Assembly (NCBI RefSeq): GCF_044324875.1
Contig: NZ_CP172185.1
DNA: 64,000 nt
From: Escherichia coli
Lineage (GTDB): Bacteria; Pseudomonadota; Gammaproteobacteria; Enterobacterales; Enterobacteriaceae
Strand: one strand, 5' to 3'
Part shown: positions 39,422 to 49,512 of the stretch, in pieces
Layout: the number at the start of each line of letters is the position of its first letter
How positions within the stretch are numbered: position 1 is the first letter of the stretch
Notes under the pieces: model-generated
What the model was told of the DNA's origin: nothing
The model's database searches: none
Seen by the model: only the letters and a program-made list of their open reading frames with translations
Translations under genes and position numbers: made by a program

Positions 39422-40838
39422 CTATCTGCATGGTCCCGAAACCATTGAGGTGGAAAACGGTGCCCGCCCGGTTAAAACGGTGAAATCTGCCGTTATTGGC
39501 CTGATTGGTACCGCCCCGATGGGGGACGTCAATACGCTGGTACAGTGCCTGTCTGAGAAAGACGCAGCGGCATTTGGCAGCCAGTTCACCGGCTTTACCA
39601 TTCCGCAGGCGCTGGATGCGATTTATGACCATGGTGCAGGCACCGTTCTGGTCATTAACGTCCTCGACCCGGCGAAACATAAAACGGCGATCCAGGGTGA
39701 AGTGGTTACCTTTGACAAATCGACAGGGCAGGCCAGACTTGCGCATCCGGTTGTCGCTAATGTGGTGGTGAAAAACAGTGAAGGCAGCACCACCCACACG
39801 GCGAACACGGACTACCGTGTTGATGCGCAGGCGGGTGTGCTCACGAACCTGGGCAAGGCTATTGAGGCCGGTGGCAGCGTGAAGGTGAGCTATGAGTACG
39901 CGGACCCGTCGAAGGTGACTGCGGCGGACATCATCGGCGGGGTGAACAGCGCCGGAAACCGAACCGGCATGAAGCTGCTTAACGACAGCTTCAACCTGTA
40001 CGGCTATTTTGCCAAAATTCTGATTGCGCCGGTGTTCTGCACCCAGAAGAGTGTAGCAGTTGAGCTTATCGCCATGACAGAGAAGCTGGGCGCGGTAACC
40101 TACATTGATGCGCCTGTCGGTACCACCTTTGCACAGGCTCTGGCAGGTCGTGGCCCGGAAGGCACCATTAACTTCAATACCAGCTCCGACCGCGTCCGTC
40201 TGTGCTATCCGCATGTGAAGGTATATGACCCGGTGACAAACACGGAGCGTCTGGAGCCGCTCAGCCAGCGTGCAGCAGGTCTGCGTGCCAGAGTCGATCT
40301 GGACAAGGGCTACTGGTGGTCATCCTCCAATCAGGAGATTCTGGGGATCACCGGCGTGGAGCGCCAGCTGTCCGCGATGATTGATGACCCGCAGAGTGAG
40401 GTGAACCTGCTTAACGAACAGGGGATCACCACGGTATTCAGCAGTTACGGCAGCGGCCTTCGTCTGTGGGGTAACCGGACGGCAGCATGGCCAACGGTCA
40501 CCCATATGCGTAACTTTGAGAACGTTCGCCGCACCGGTGATGTGATCAACGAGTCCATTCGTTATTTCAGCCAGCAGTACATCGACATGCCGATTACTCA
40601 GGCGCTGATTGATGCACTGACGGAGTCGGTCAACGCCTACGGTCGCAAAATGACTGGTGATGGTGCGGTACTGGGCTTCCGTTGCTGGTTTGATCCGGCC
40701 CGCAATCCGGAGACGGAGCTGGCCGCCGGGCACCTGTTGCTGAGCTACAAATATACGCCACCACCGCCGCTGGAGCGACTGACGTTTGAGACTGAGATCA
40801 CCTCGGAATACCTGTTAACCCTGAAAGGGGGCAACTGA
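39411..40838 (+). CDS. contractile tail sheath protein
   Basis: 475-aa ORF immediately before tail tube gene. Confidence 0.75.
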   Translation: MAANYLHGPETIEVENGARPVKTVKSAVIGLIGTAPMGDVNTLVQCLSEKDAAAFGSQFTGFTIPQALDAIYDHGAGTVLVINVLDPAKHKTAIQGEVVTFDKSTGQARLAHPVVANVVVKNSEGSTTHTANTDYRVDAQAGVLTNLGKAIEAGGSVKVSYEYADPSKVTAADIIGGVNSAGNRTGMKLLNDSFNLYGYFAKILIAPVFCTQKSVAVELIAMTEKLGAVTYIDAPVGTTFAQALAGRGPEGTINFNTSSDRVRLCYPHVKVYDPVTNTERLEPLSQRAAGLRARVDLDKGYWWSSSNQEILGITGVERQLSAMIDDPQSEVNLLNEQGITTVFSSYGSGLRLWGNRTAAWPTVTHMRNFENVRRTGDVINESIRYFSQQYIDMPITQALIDALTESVNAYGRKMTGDGAVLGFRCWFDPARNPETELAAGHLLLSYKYTPPPPLERLTFETEITSEYLLTLKGGN

Positions 40839-41359
40839 TGTCAAAGATTGAGATAAACCGCATCACGAATGCCAACATCTATCTGGATGGTACTAACCTG
40901 CTGGGACGGGCTGAGGAAGTTAAACTCCCCGATGTCTCCATGATTATGCAGGAACACAAGGCGCTGGGGATGGTGGGTAAGGTGGAACTCCCGGCTGGTT
41001 TTGACAAACTGGAAGGCGAAATCAAATGGAACAGCTTTTACCGCGATGCGATGCTGTCTGCCGCGAACCCGTACAGGTCGCTGGCACTGCAGTGTCGTTC
41101 CAGCGTCCAGCGCTACAGCTCGCAGGGGCTGATTGACGAAATCCCGCTGGTCACCTTCCTGACGATTATGTTCAAGAAGAACCCGCTGGGGACGTTCAAA
41201 CAGCACGAGAACGCCGAGTTCTCCAGTAGCTTCACATGCACGTATATCAGACAGGTACTGGATGGTGAAGAGCTGCTGCAACTGGACTATCTGGCCAACA
41301 TCTTCCGGGTCGGCGGTGTTGATCAACTGACTGACTACCGTATCAATATCGGGGGCTGA
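40838..41359 (+). CDS. tail tube protein
   Basis: 173-aa ORF after sheath. Confidence 0.7.
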   Translation: MSKIEINRITNANIYLDGTNLLGRAEEVKLPDVSMIMQEHKALGMVGKVELPAGFDKLEGEIKWNSFYRDAMLSAANPYRSLALQCRSSVQRYSSQGLIDEIPLVTFLTIMFKKNPLGTFKQHENAEFSSSFTCTYIRQVLDGEELLQLDYLANIFRVGGVDQLTDYRINIGG

Positions 41360-41361
41360 CG

Positions 41362-41643
41362 GTGAGTGTTGAACTGACGGATAAAGGAGGACGATGTGCG
41401 GCACTGGGCATGTCAAATGGTACGTGGTTTACCCTCCTTGATATTCCGGGGGTGGAAACCCTTTTTAATACCCGTAAAACCAATGACCCGATTGACTGCA
41501 CACGTTCAAAGGCCCGCAGACTGGCGGATTTGATTGAAGCATGGGAGCCTCCCGACCACTGGTTCTCCGGCACCGGCAAATCTGAGGGAAAGACGCTTCT
41601 CATCGCTTTCCTGCGTAACTGCAAGGGGTTTCGCACTTGCTGA
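41362..41643 (+). CDS. hypothetical small protein (start uncertain)
   Basis: ORF with GTG start; weak translation signals. Confidence 0.3.
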   Translation: MSVELTDKGGRCAALGMSNGTWFTLLDIPGVETLFNTRKTNDPIDCTRSKARRLADLIEAWEPPDHWFSGTGKSEGKTLLIAFLRNCKGFRTC

Positions 41644-41677
41644 CATCACAGGGGCTCCGGCCCCTTCTTCTTAATCT

Positions 41678-41690
41678 CCTTTAATATCCG
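41678..41690 (+). promoter_or_regulatory. late-promoter-like motif CCTTTAATATCCG upstream of tail chaperone/tape-measure genes
   Basis: 11-mer CCTTTAATATC identical to the motif at 48029; preceded by GC hairpin plus T-tract at 41651-41672. Confidence 0.4.
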
Positions 41691-41740
41691 TCACGCGCTT
41701 CTCCCGACATACTGCCCTGAACTTACACAGGAGCACAATC

Positions 41741-42076
41741 ATGTCACAGACCCCATCCGATACTTTTAAATTGTCTTATCCCTTCACCACTGCTGCAGGC
41801 ACCAGAATTGAGCTGGTTGAACTGAAACGCCTGACGGTAAAAGACCTGAAGCAGGTGCGCAAAATCAGCAAAAACCCGGCAGACTGGGACGAACCGCTGA
41901 TTGCCCGCAGTACTGGTCTTCTCCCGGAAGATCTCGACAATATGGATCTGGCTGATTACCTGCAGTTACAGAAACGATTTCAGCTCATCACGGGGATGGG
42001 TGAGAGCGACAAAGGCGCTGACGCAGGCGCAGGGGCTGCTGGCGAGATGGTTCCGGTTTCAGCCGGGGGAGATTGA
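41741..42076 (+). CDS. tail assembly chaperone (gpE/gpG-like)
   Basis: 111-aa acidic ORF between tube and tape measure; overlapping ORF 41901..42158 in +1 frame. Confidence 0.5.
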   Translation: MSQTPSDTFKLSYPFTTAAGTRIELVELKRLTVKDLKQVRKISKNPADWDEPLIARSTGLLPEDLDNMDLADYLQLQKRFQLITGMGESDKGADAGAGAAGEMVPVSAGGD

Positions 42077-42233
42077 TGCCCTCGATACTGACGATCTGGA
42101 GATGTGGCTGGAGCAGGCTGAAGAGCAAATAAAAAGCGAGTACGGCGACAAATCATAGTACAGACAGCCGCCAGTAGCGGCTGTTCTGCGTTATCCCCTC
42201 ACGTCTTTTCACCTTCCCCGGAGGTTAACCACT

Positions 42234-45185
42234 ATGTCGGGACAGTTTTCAGTCGGCGTTGTTATCGGCGGGATGATTGGCAGCACATTCCGTTCTGCAA
42301 TGAGCGGTACCCGCCGTGCGCTTGATTCCCTGAGCGATACCTCACGCCGCCTGCAGGAACGTCAGAACGCTTTAACCCGTGCAACAGAACGTTATGGTCA
42401 ACTGGGCTCTTCCCGGATGCAGCATCTCAACAGCGAGCTGCTGCGGGTAAGCCGCACCATGGAGCAAATTGAGCGCCAGCAGCGCCGTCTGTCAGCGGCA
42501 TCAGCCACCAGTGATGCGCTGAAAGCTAACCGCATGGCGCTGTATGGTCAGGGGATTGAAGCGTATGGCATGGCACAGACTGTTTATCATACGGTTTCCC
42601 CTGCCGTTCAGCAGTCCATGTCTTTTCAGGACAAAATGATTGATATGTCGATCACCGCAAAATATGACAATAAAACGCGGGATGCACTTGCCGGACAGAT
42701 AAAAGGCTGGGCGCAAAAATACAATCAGTATCAGGATGAACTGCAGGAGGCGGTGGGTTCGCTCATCAGCGACAATATTGATAACTTGTCAGATATCGGT
42801 TTTCTGATGCCGGATATTGCCCGCGCGGCAACGGCAACACGCACGTCATCTCAGGACTGGGCAAAAGTGGCCGCAGTCTGGCAAAACTCCCTGAAAGGTG
42901 CGGCCAGAGATTTTAGTGCCGTCCAGAATATTATGGCTTATGCCGGTGACCAGGGGTCATTTGAAATCCCGGATCAGGTCAAGTGGATGCAGTCCCTGGC
43001 CCCAATGATGGCGGGTATTGCCAGTGGAAAAGAGGCTGTTGCTGAAATCGGGGCCAGTCTCCAGATAGCAAAAATCGGTGCGGGCTCCACCGACGAAGCA
43101 GCCAATAATTTTAAAAACTTTCTTACCAAAATTTTTGCCCGCGATACTCAGAAACAGTTTGCTGATCTGGGTATTGATTTGCAGGGTTCTGTTGCGAGTT
43201 ATAAGGCTGCGGGGATCTCTCCGATTGAAGGGATGTTGAGTGTTATAGAACGTTACCTCAATGCCAAAAGCCCCGAAGCGCTGGCCGGCTTCAAATCCGC
43301 CATGAAAATAAAGAATGATACGGCAAGAGATGAGGCACTTCAGGCTCTGGCGAAAAACTTTGGTCTGGGCGATATGTTCGCGGATATGCAGGTCATGGCA
43401 TTTATCCGCCCGATGCTGGCCAACATGGACAGATATCGCGAGATCCGTGCCGGTGCTCTCAGGGCTGCGGATAACGATTTGCTTGCCAGTGCTTACGATC
43501 AGCGGCTGAAATCTCCCCTTGAAGCCACTAAAGCGCTTATGGTCAGCAGTCGCGATCTGGCTATTACGCTGGGCGATCAGCTCGCCCCCTCTTTTATTTC
43601 TCTGACTCAGGAGCTGATCCCACTCATTCAGGGGGCAAAACACTGGGTGGCGACTCACCCGCAATTTGTCAGTGGGGCTTTTAAGCTCATCAGTGCGCTC
43701 CTTGCGATTAAGATAGCGACTGTTGGTCTCAAACTGGGGCTGAATCTCCTTATTTCCCCCTTTGTGAACGTCTGGAAAACTGCTGTTTTACTCCGGACCA
43801 ACTGGCATCGACTGACTACCGCACTAGGAGAAGGTGGCAAATTACGCTGGCTTGTCACTGGATTTAGCCGACTGACCAGCGGAGGACTGAAACTCAGCAA
43901 AGTTCTGGCGGGCAGCCTCGTTCGCGGTTTTATGAGCGCTGCACGTGCCGTTCTCTGGATTGGGCGAGCGCTGATGATGAATCCCATCGGTCTCGTTATC
44001 ACCGCTGTCGCGGCAGCAGCTTACCTTATCTACCGCAACTGGGGGACAGTCAGTGGCTGGTTTAAACAGCGCTGGGCTGACATTCAGGAAGCCTTTAACG
44101 GCGGTATCGCGGGAACTGGTAAGCTGCTGATTAACTGGTCGCCGGCAGGGCTGCTCTATAAAGCCTTTGCGGCTGCGCTGAAATATTTCGGCGTTGCTCT
44201 GCCGGCAAAGTTCACCGACTTCGGTGGCCATCTTGTCGACGGTCTGATTAACGGTATCAAAAACAAATGGGGGTCGCTCAAATCCAGTGTAACCGGAATG
44301 GGTGACAGCATCAGTAGCTGGTTTAAACAGTGCTGGTCTGACATTCAGGAGGCCTTTAACGGCGGTATCGCGGGAACTGGTAAGCTGCTGATTAACTGGT
44401 CGCCGGCAGGTCTGCTCTATAAAGCCTTTGCAGCTGCGCTGAAATATCTTGGTGTTGATCTGCCGGCAAAGTTCACCGACTTCGGTGGCCATCTTGTCGA
44501 CGGTCTGATTAACGGTATCAAAAACAAATGGGAGTCGCTCAAATCCAGTGTAACCGGAATGGGTGACAGCATCAGTGGCTGGTTCAGTGAAAAGCTGGGT
44601 ATTCATTCGCCGAGCCGCGTGTTTATGGGCTTTGGTGACAATATCGCGCAGGGGGCCGCCATTGGCCTGCAGCGGAGCACTCCGATTGCAGCTCTGGCCG
44701 GGCAGCGAATGGCCAGTGAACTGCTCCCCAGAATGCCCGTGAGCATTCAGGGGCCAGAAATACGGGATAACACTTCAGGTGTTCGCTTCAGTATGCCGTT
44801 GCCCGATATCAACGGGTTTATGTCGTCTGCTAAAAATGCGATCGGATCCGTAATCAATAGTTTGTCTTCCATGCCCGCTATTCCGATCTCCACCCGGGCA
44901 TCGACTTTACCAGGTCAACGTCTGGCAAATGAGATGACACCGGATGTTCCCCGTATCCCCTCGCCTGAAATCCTGGCTGCCGGATATTCAGGCCGTGGTG
45001 CAGCTGCAACCGGCGGTGGAACGTCTGGTGGTATCCAGGTCAGCTTTAATCCTCAGTTTTTCCTCAATGGCAGGGAAACCACAGCGCCTGCAGGACTGAC
45101 TGGTGCCCTGAATATGAGTCTGCATGAGCTGGAAAAAATGCTGGAGCGTCTGCTGGCTCAGAAACAACGTAAGGAGTACCGCTGA
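42234..45185 (+). CDS. tail tape measure protein
   Basis: 983-aa ORF with coiled-coil N-terminus, TM segments and internal tandem duplication. Confidence 0.8.
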   Translation: MSGQFSVGVVIGGMIGSTFRSAMSGTRRALDSLSDTSRRLQERQNALTRATERYGQLGSSRMQHLNSELLRVSRTMEQIERQQRRLSAASATSDALKANRMALYGQGIEAYGMAQTVYHTVSPAVQQSMSFQDKMIDMSITAKYDNKTRDALAGQIKGWAQKYNQYQDELQEAVGSLISDNIDNLSDIGFLMPDIARAATATRTSSQDWAKVAAVWQNSLKGAARDFSAVQNIMAYAGDQGSFEIPDQVKWMQSLAPMMAGIASGKEAVAEIGASLQIAKIGAGSTDEAANNFKNFLTKIFARDTQKQFADLGIDLQGSVASYKAAGISPIEGMLSVIERYLNAKSPEALAGFKSAMKIKNDTARDEALQALAKNFGLGDMFADMQVMAFIRPMLANMDRYREIRAGALRAADNDLLASAYDQRLKSPLEATKALMVSSRDLAITLGDQLAPSFISLTQELIPLIQGAKHWVATHPQFVSGAFKLISALLAIKIATVGLKLGLNLLISPFVNVWKTAVLLRTNWHRLTTALGEGGKLRWLVTGFSRLTSGGLKLSKVLAGSLVRGFMSAARAVLWIGRALMMNPIGLVITAVAAAAYLIYRNWGTVSGWFKQRWADIQEAFNGGIAGTGKLLINWSPAGLLYKAFAAALKYFGVALPAKFTDFGGHLVDGLINGIKNKWGSLKSSVTGMGDSISSWFKQCWSDIQEAFNGGIAGTGKLLINWSPAGLLYKAFAAALKYLGVDLPAKFTDFGGHLVDGLINGIKNKWESLKSSVTGMGDSISGWFSEKLGIHSPSRVFMGFGDNIAQGAAIGLQRSTPIAALAGQRMASELLPRMPVSIQGPEIRDNTSGVRFSMPLPDINGFMSSAKNAIGSVINSLSSMPAIPISTRASTLPGQRLANEMTPDVPRIPSPEILAAGYSGRGAAATGGGTSGGIQVSFNPQFFLNGRETTAPAGLTGALNMSLHELEKMLERLLAQKQRKEYR
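44058..44590 (+). repeat. 240-bp tandem duplication inside tape measure gene (two full units plus start of a third)
   Basis: Protein repeat WFKQ(R/C)W(A/S)DIQEAFNGGIAGTGKLLINWSPAGLLYKAFAAALKY... occurs twice 80 aa apart. Confidence 0.7.
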
Positions 45186-46069
45186 TGTTTGCCGTACTGG
45201 GTGATATTGAGTTTGATCTGATTACCTACTGGGACGGCTTCGAGGCCACGTTCGGCGTCGATTATGCGGAGCATGCCCGCATCGGGGGTAAGCCTGGCCT
45301 GCAGTTCGTCGGCGACAGGCTGGACGAAATCCAGATAAGTCTGGTCTTCCATCAGCATTATTGTGCACCCGATGTGGAGCTGGCGAGACTGCGAACAACC
45401 ATGAAAGCCCATCAGGCACTGGCGCTGGTCTTCGGCAACGGTGACTATCGTGGCTGGTTCGTGATTACCGATGTGACCGCAACCAGCGAGCAGACAGACA
45501 GCACCGGTAACGTGCTGGCTGTCAGTGCCACCGTGTCTCTCCGGGAATACACCGGTGATCCGAAAAATCCTCTGCAACCACCGGCAATACGCACGAAGCT
45601 CCCGGGTGTCGGGGCGGTCTCCGGTGCCATTCCTTCACCTTCAGGGGTGGCGCAGTTCATCCGCAACGGCGTCAACTATGCGAAACAGGCGCAGTCTGTA
45701 CTCCAGACCACTATCAGCGCCGTTCGGGTGACACAGAAAATGAAGGATAACCCCGTTGTCGCACTGACCCGTGTGCCGGGGCTGATGAGCGGACTGGGTA
45801 ATATCTCCGGGGCTCTGGGGAAAAGTGTTCCGGCGTTTAACGCACTCTCTGAATCCATGCCCGATGCCATCAGTCTGGCCAGAACAGCCAGCGAAGCAGC
45901 CACGTATGTACAGCAGGCACAGTCTGCGCTGAGTGGTGTGGACAAAAGAAATATTGCAGGTGCTCTGGATACCGTTTCCGGGCAGCTTAACGCCGCCAGC
46001 ACAGCATTCAACCGCATGTCTCCGGGATTAAGTGCAATGGCCGCCAGAATACTGACGAGGAGTGTGTGA
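45185..46069 (+). CDS. tail protein (Mu N / DNA-circularisation-like)
   Basis: 294-aa ORF directly after tape measure; assignment by order. Confidence 0.5.
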   Translation: MFAVLGDIEFDLITYWDGFEATFGVDYAEHARIGGKPGLQFVGDRLDEIQISLVFHQHYCAPDVELARLRTTMKAHQALALVFGNGDYRGWFVITDVTATSEQTDSTGNVLAVSATVSLREYTGDPKNPLQPPAIRTKLPGVGAVSGAIPSPSGVAQFIRNGVNYAKQAQSVLQTTISAVRVTQKMKDNPVVALTRVPGLMSGLGNISGALGKSVPAFNALSESMPDAISLARTASEAATYVQQAQSALSGVDKRNIAGALDTVSGQLNAASTAFNRMSPGLSAMAARILTRSV

Positions 46070-46281
46070 TGTTTCTTGAACATGTTACCCGTGACGGAGA
46101 GCGCTGGGATTCGCTGGCATGGCAGTACTACGGTGACCCGCTGGGCTATCCCCGGATTATTGCCGCCAATCCGCACGTGGCCATCACGCCGGTGCTGCCC
46201 TCCGGGCTGTTGTTACTGATCCCGGTGATTGAGGCTGAAGAAGCCCGTACAGAAGAGGATATTGCCCCATGGCTGAGATAA
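46066..46281 (+). CDS. small tail protein (P2 gpX-like)
   Basis: 71-aa ORF in P2/Mu-type tail gene order. Confidence 0.45.
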   Translation: MMFLEHVTRDGERWDSLAWQYYGDPLGYPRIIAANPHVAITPVLPSGLLLLIPVIEAEEARTEEDIAPWLR

Positions 46282-47423
46282 ACAGCACTGCGCAAGTCAC
46301 TTCAGCGTTAACCAGCGTCAGCGATGTGCTGACACCGGTGTTCACTCTGTGGTATCTGCAGAAAAACATCACCTCTGATATCGCGCCTTATGTCACCCGT
46401 GTGACCTGGAGCGATAACATCAAAAATGAGTCCGATACCATTGAGGTGGAGCTGGACGACACCGATGGCCGCTGGCTGGATAAGTGGTATCCGGGCAAGG
46501 GTGACACGCTGACGCTGAAAATGGGCTATCAGGGCGAGAAGCTGCTGTCCTGCGGTACGTTCTCTATAGACGAGATCGAAGTGAGTTCGCCCGCTTCCGT
46601 TGTTTCTATCCGTGGGGTGGCCACCTCGGTTAACAGTGCTCTGCGGACTAAAACCAGTCGTGGTTTTGAGAACACCACGCTGGCAGCTGTTGCGGGGCGG
46701 ATTGCCAGAAAGCACCGACTGAAACTGGTGGGCAGCATTGAGTCCATCAGAATCGACCGGGTGACCCAGTATGCTGAAACCGACGTGGGTTTTCTGCGCC
46801 GGCTGGCCAGCGAGTATGGTTATGCAGTGAAAGTGGTCAGTGACCAGCTGATTTTTTCTCATCTGGCCACACTGCGCAGTCAGGAGCCGGTCAGGCAGTT
46901 AAAACCGCAGGATGTGGCCCGCTTTTCCCTGCGTGACACCATCAACCGGGTCTATAAATCTGCAAAGGTAAAACACCAGAAAAGCAGCAGTAAAAAACTG
47001 ATCGTCTACGAAGCTGATGGTGGTACCCGTGAAAGCGACAAAAAGCTCAAAGGTGGTAAGGTTACCAGCGCTGACTCACTTAAAGTTAACAGCCGCGTCA
47101 GCGACCCGGACAGTGCCCGGATTAAAGCGGATTCAGCACTGGCCAGACATAACGAATACCAGCAGAACGGCTCCCTGACGCTGACGGGAACACCTCAACT
47201 GACAGCAGGCAACAAAATTGAACTGGTGGGTTTTGGGCAGTTATCCGGGCCATGGCTCATAACCACTGCCCGCCATGCGTTTGACCGTAACAGCGGCTAC
47301 ACCACAGAGCTGGAAGTGGCACGGGGGCCAGTCACAAGAGGGAAAAAACAAAAAACTCAGAAACTCACGGTTTATCACCCGGATGGCAGTACATCGACGG
47401 TGATTAAGGAGAAGAAAAAATGA
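46269..47423 (+). CDS. tail protein (P2 gpD / Mu P-like)
   Basis: 384-aa ORF; size and order. Confidence 0.55.
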   Translation: MAEINSTAQVTSALTSVSDVLTPVFTLWYLQKNITSDIAPYVTRVTWSDNIKNESDTIEVELDDTDGRWLDKWYPGKGDTLTLKMGYQGEKLLSCGTFSIDEIEVSSPASVVSIRGVATSVNSALRTKTSRGFENTTLAAVAGRIARKHRLKLVGSIESIRIDRVTQYAETDVGFLRRLASEYGYAVKVVSDQLIFSHLATLRSQEPVRQLKPQDVARFSLRDTINRVYKSAKVKHQKSSSKKLIVYEADGGTRESDKKLKGGKVTSADSLKVNSRVSDPDSARIKADSALARHNEYQQNGSLTLTGTPQLTAGNKIELVGFGQLSGPWLITTARHAFDRNSGYTTELEVARGPVTRGKKQKTQKLTVYHPDGSTSTVIKEKKK

Positions 47424-48016
47424 CTGGTGTCACTCGTCAGGTCGGTACGGTCAGTGCCGTTGATGCCGACAGGGTTCAGGCCCGCGTTCGTCTGCCTGAA
47501 TGCGATAACCTGCGCACAAACTGGCTTAACGTGCTGCAGCGCAATACCCAGGATAACAAAGATTACTGGCTCCCTGACGTGGGGGAGCAGGTTGAGGTGC
47601 TGCTCGATGCCAACGGCGAGGATGGTGTTATTCTGGGCGCGGTGTATTCAGACGTCGATAAACCACCGTTCAGTGACAAAAATATCCGGGGAACCCGGTT
47701 TGCTGATGGTGCAGAGTACAGCTACAACCGGAAGACGCACACTCTGACCATCCGGGGCGGCATTGAGCATATTGTCATTGAGTGTGGTGCTGATGTGGTA
47801 TTGAAAACACAGAAAGCCACGATTGACGCACCGGAAACCGAACTTACCGGAGATCTGCGTGTCAGGGGAAAGCTGATTTACGAAGGAGGCATGGCGGGTT
47901 CTGGTGGTAAAGGTGTTACCGCGACCATCCATGGCAATATCGAGATTAAAGGGAATGCCCATGCCACGGGCAGTATGCTGTCTGATGGCGAAAACTCCAG
48001 CCACCACTCCCACTGA
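47420..48016 (+). CDS. baseplate spike protein (gpV-like)
   Basis: 198-aa ORF with Gly-rich, His-rich C-terminus. Confidence 0.6.
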   Translation: MTGVTRQVGTVSAVDADRVQARVRLPECDNLRTNWLNVLQRNTQDNKDYWLPDVGEQVEVLLDANGEDGVILGAVYSDVDKPPFSDKNIRGTRFADGAEYSYNRKTHTLTIRGGIEHIVIECGADVVLKTQKATIDAPETELTGDLRVRGKLIYEGGMAGSGGKGVTATIHGNIEIKGNAHATGSMLSDGENSSHHSH

Positions 48017-48028
48017 GCTTCTTAAACG

Positions 48029-48040
48029 CCTTTAATATCA
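48029..48040 (+). promoter_or_regulatory. late-promoter-like motif CCTTTAATATCA upstream of baseplate genes
   Basis: Shared 11-mer; followed by hairpin GGGGGCA-ATAC-TGCCCCC at 48053-48070 abutting the ATG. Confidence 0.4.
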
Positions 48041-48070
48041 GCGTTCCCGCACGGGGGCAATACTGCCCCC

Positions 48071-48418
48071 ATGAAAACGACCTCAGTATTCTGGCAACCA
48101 GCCCTGCAGGCTCCCGGCGAAATTGTCCGGGGGCTGGATGATATCCGGCAGGCGATTCAAATTATCCTGCGGACTCCCCGCGGCAGCGACCCGCATCGCC
48201 CGGAGTTCGGCAGCAATCTGCATCTTTATATCGACTGGCCTGTAGACCGGGCCATTCCGCATGTGGTGCGCGAATCCGTCGATGCCATCCGGCGCTGGGA
48301 GCCCCGCTGCCAGCTTATGTCAGTTAAACCCGCCGTCGACGGCGAACATCTTACGCTCCGGGTGAGCTGGAAAGGCTCAGACGGACAGACCCGGACTCAG
48401 GAGCTGCTATGGCGCTGA
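48071..48418 (+). CDS. baseplate protein (gpW / gp25-like)
   Basis: 115-aa ORF; size and order. Confidence 0.6.
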   Translation: MKTTSVFWQPALQAPGEIVRGLDDIRQAIQIILRTPRGSDPHRPEFGSNLHLYIDWPVDRAIPHVVRESVDAIRRWEPRCQLMSVKPAVDGEHLTLRVSWKGSDGQTRTQELLWR

Positions 48419-49512
48419 CAGAACCCGATTTTATTGAACGCGATGCCGACAAAATCACGGCAGAAATGATTGCGAAGTATGAAGCGGATACCGGCAAAAC
48501 GCTGTACCCGGCACAGGCAGAACGTCTGCTGATTGATCTGTGGGCCTATCGCGAAATGCTGGTCAGGGTTGCGGTACAGGAGGCAGCAAAGCAGAATCTG
48601 GTCGCCTTTGCCCGTGAGCCGATGATTGATTACCTCGGTGAACTGGTCGGTGTATACCGTCTTGCCGCGCAGCCTGCCACCACCACGCTCCAGTTCTCCG
48701 TAGATGAGGCACTGGCCATTGATGTGCTGATCCCGGCAGGCACCCGCGTCAGCGCTTCCGACAGCGTTATTTTTGCCACCGATACAGATGTGGTACTGAA
48801 GCCCGGATTGCTGCTGGTCAATGTCACGTCCACCTGTACCGAACCCGGTACCGCTGGTAACGGCTGGCAACCTGCGCAGGTCAGTCAGTTACTCGATGAG
48901 ATTGATAACGTCGACCTGCTGGTGAGCAATCTGACGGCCAGTTCCGGCGGTTCAGAACAGGAAGACGATGACAGGCTCCGGGAGCGTATCAGGCTGGCCC
49001 CGGAGTCATTCACCAATGCCGGAAGCCGTGGCGCATACCGCTTTCATGCCATGCAGGCCCATCCCAACATTGTCGATGTTGCTGTGCTTTCCCCGGTTCC
49101 CGGGACCGTAGATCTGTATCCGCTGCTCAGTACCGGTCTGCCGGACGGCGGTGTTCTCACGCTGGTAGAGAGTTTCTGCTCTGATGAGAAAGTCAGGCCA
49201 CTCACTGATACAGTGCGGGCTAAAACACCAGTGAAGGTGGATTACACCATTGAAGCCAGGATTACGATCTATCGTGATCAGGATGCCAGGTCTGTAAAAG
49301 ATGCCGCTAACAGCGCCATACAGAACTGGGTGGCATCACGTGCCGCCACGCTGGGGCGTGATATTGTCCCCAGCCAGATTATCAGTGCATTGTCCGTTTC
49401 CGGGGTGTACCAGGTTGAACTGGTGACACCGGCACTGCGGGTGGTGGCAGAAAACGAATGGGCAAACTGTACGGCAATCACTCTTAACATGAGTGGAGTG
49501 TCTGATGACTGA
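48409..49512 (+). CDS. baseplate protein J-like
   Basis: 367-aa ORF; order. Confidence 0.65.
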   Translation: MALTEPDFIERDADKITAEMIAKYEADTGKTLYPAQAERLLIDLWAYREMLVRVAVQEAAKQNLVAFAREPMIDYLGELVGVYRLAAQPATTTLQFSVDEALAIDVLIPAGTRVSASDSVIFATDTDVVLKPGLLLVNVTSTCTEPGTAGNGWQPAQVSQLLDEIDNVDLLVSNLTASSGGSEQEDDDRLRERIRLAPESFTNAGSRGAYRFHAMQAHPNIVDVAVLSPVPGTVDLYPLLSTGLPDGGVLTLVESFCSDEKVRPLTDTVRAKTPVKVDYTIEARITIYRDQDARSVKDAANSAIQNWVASRAATLGRDIVPSQIISALSVSGVYQVELVTPALRVVAENEWANCTAITLNMSGVSDD

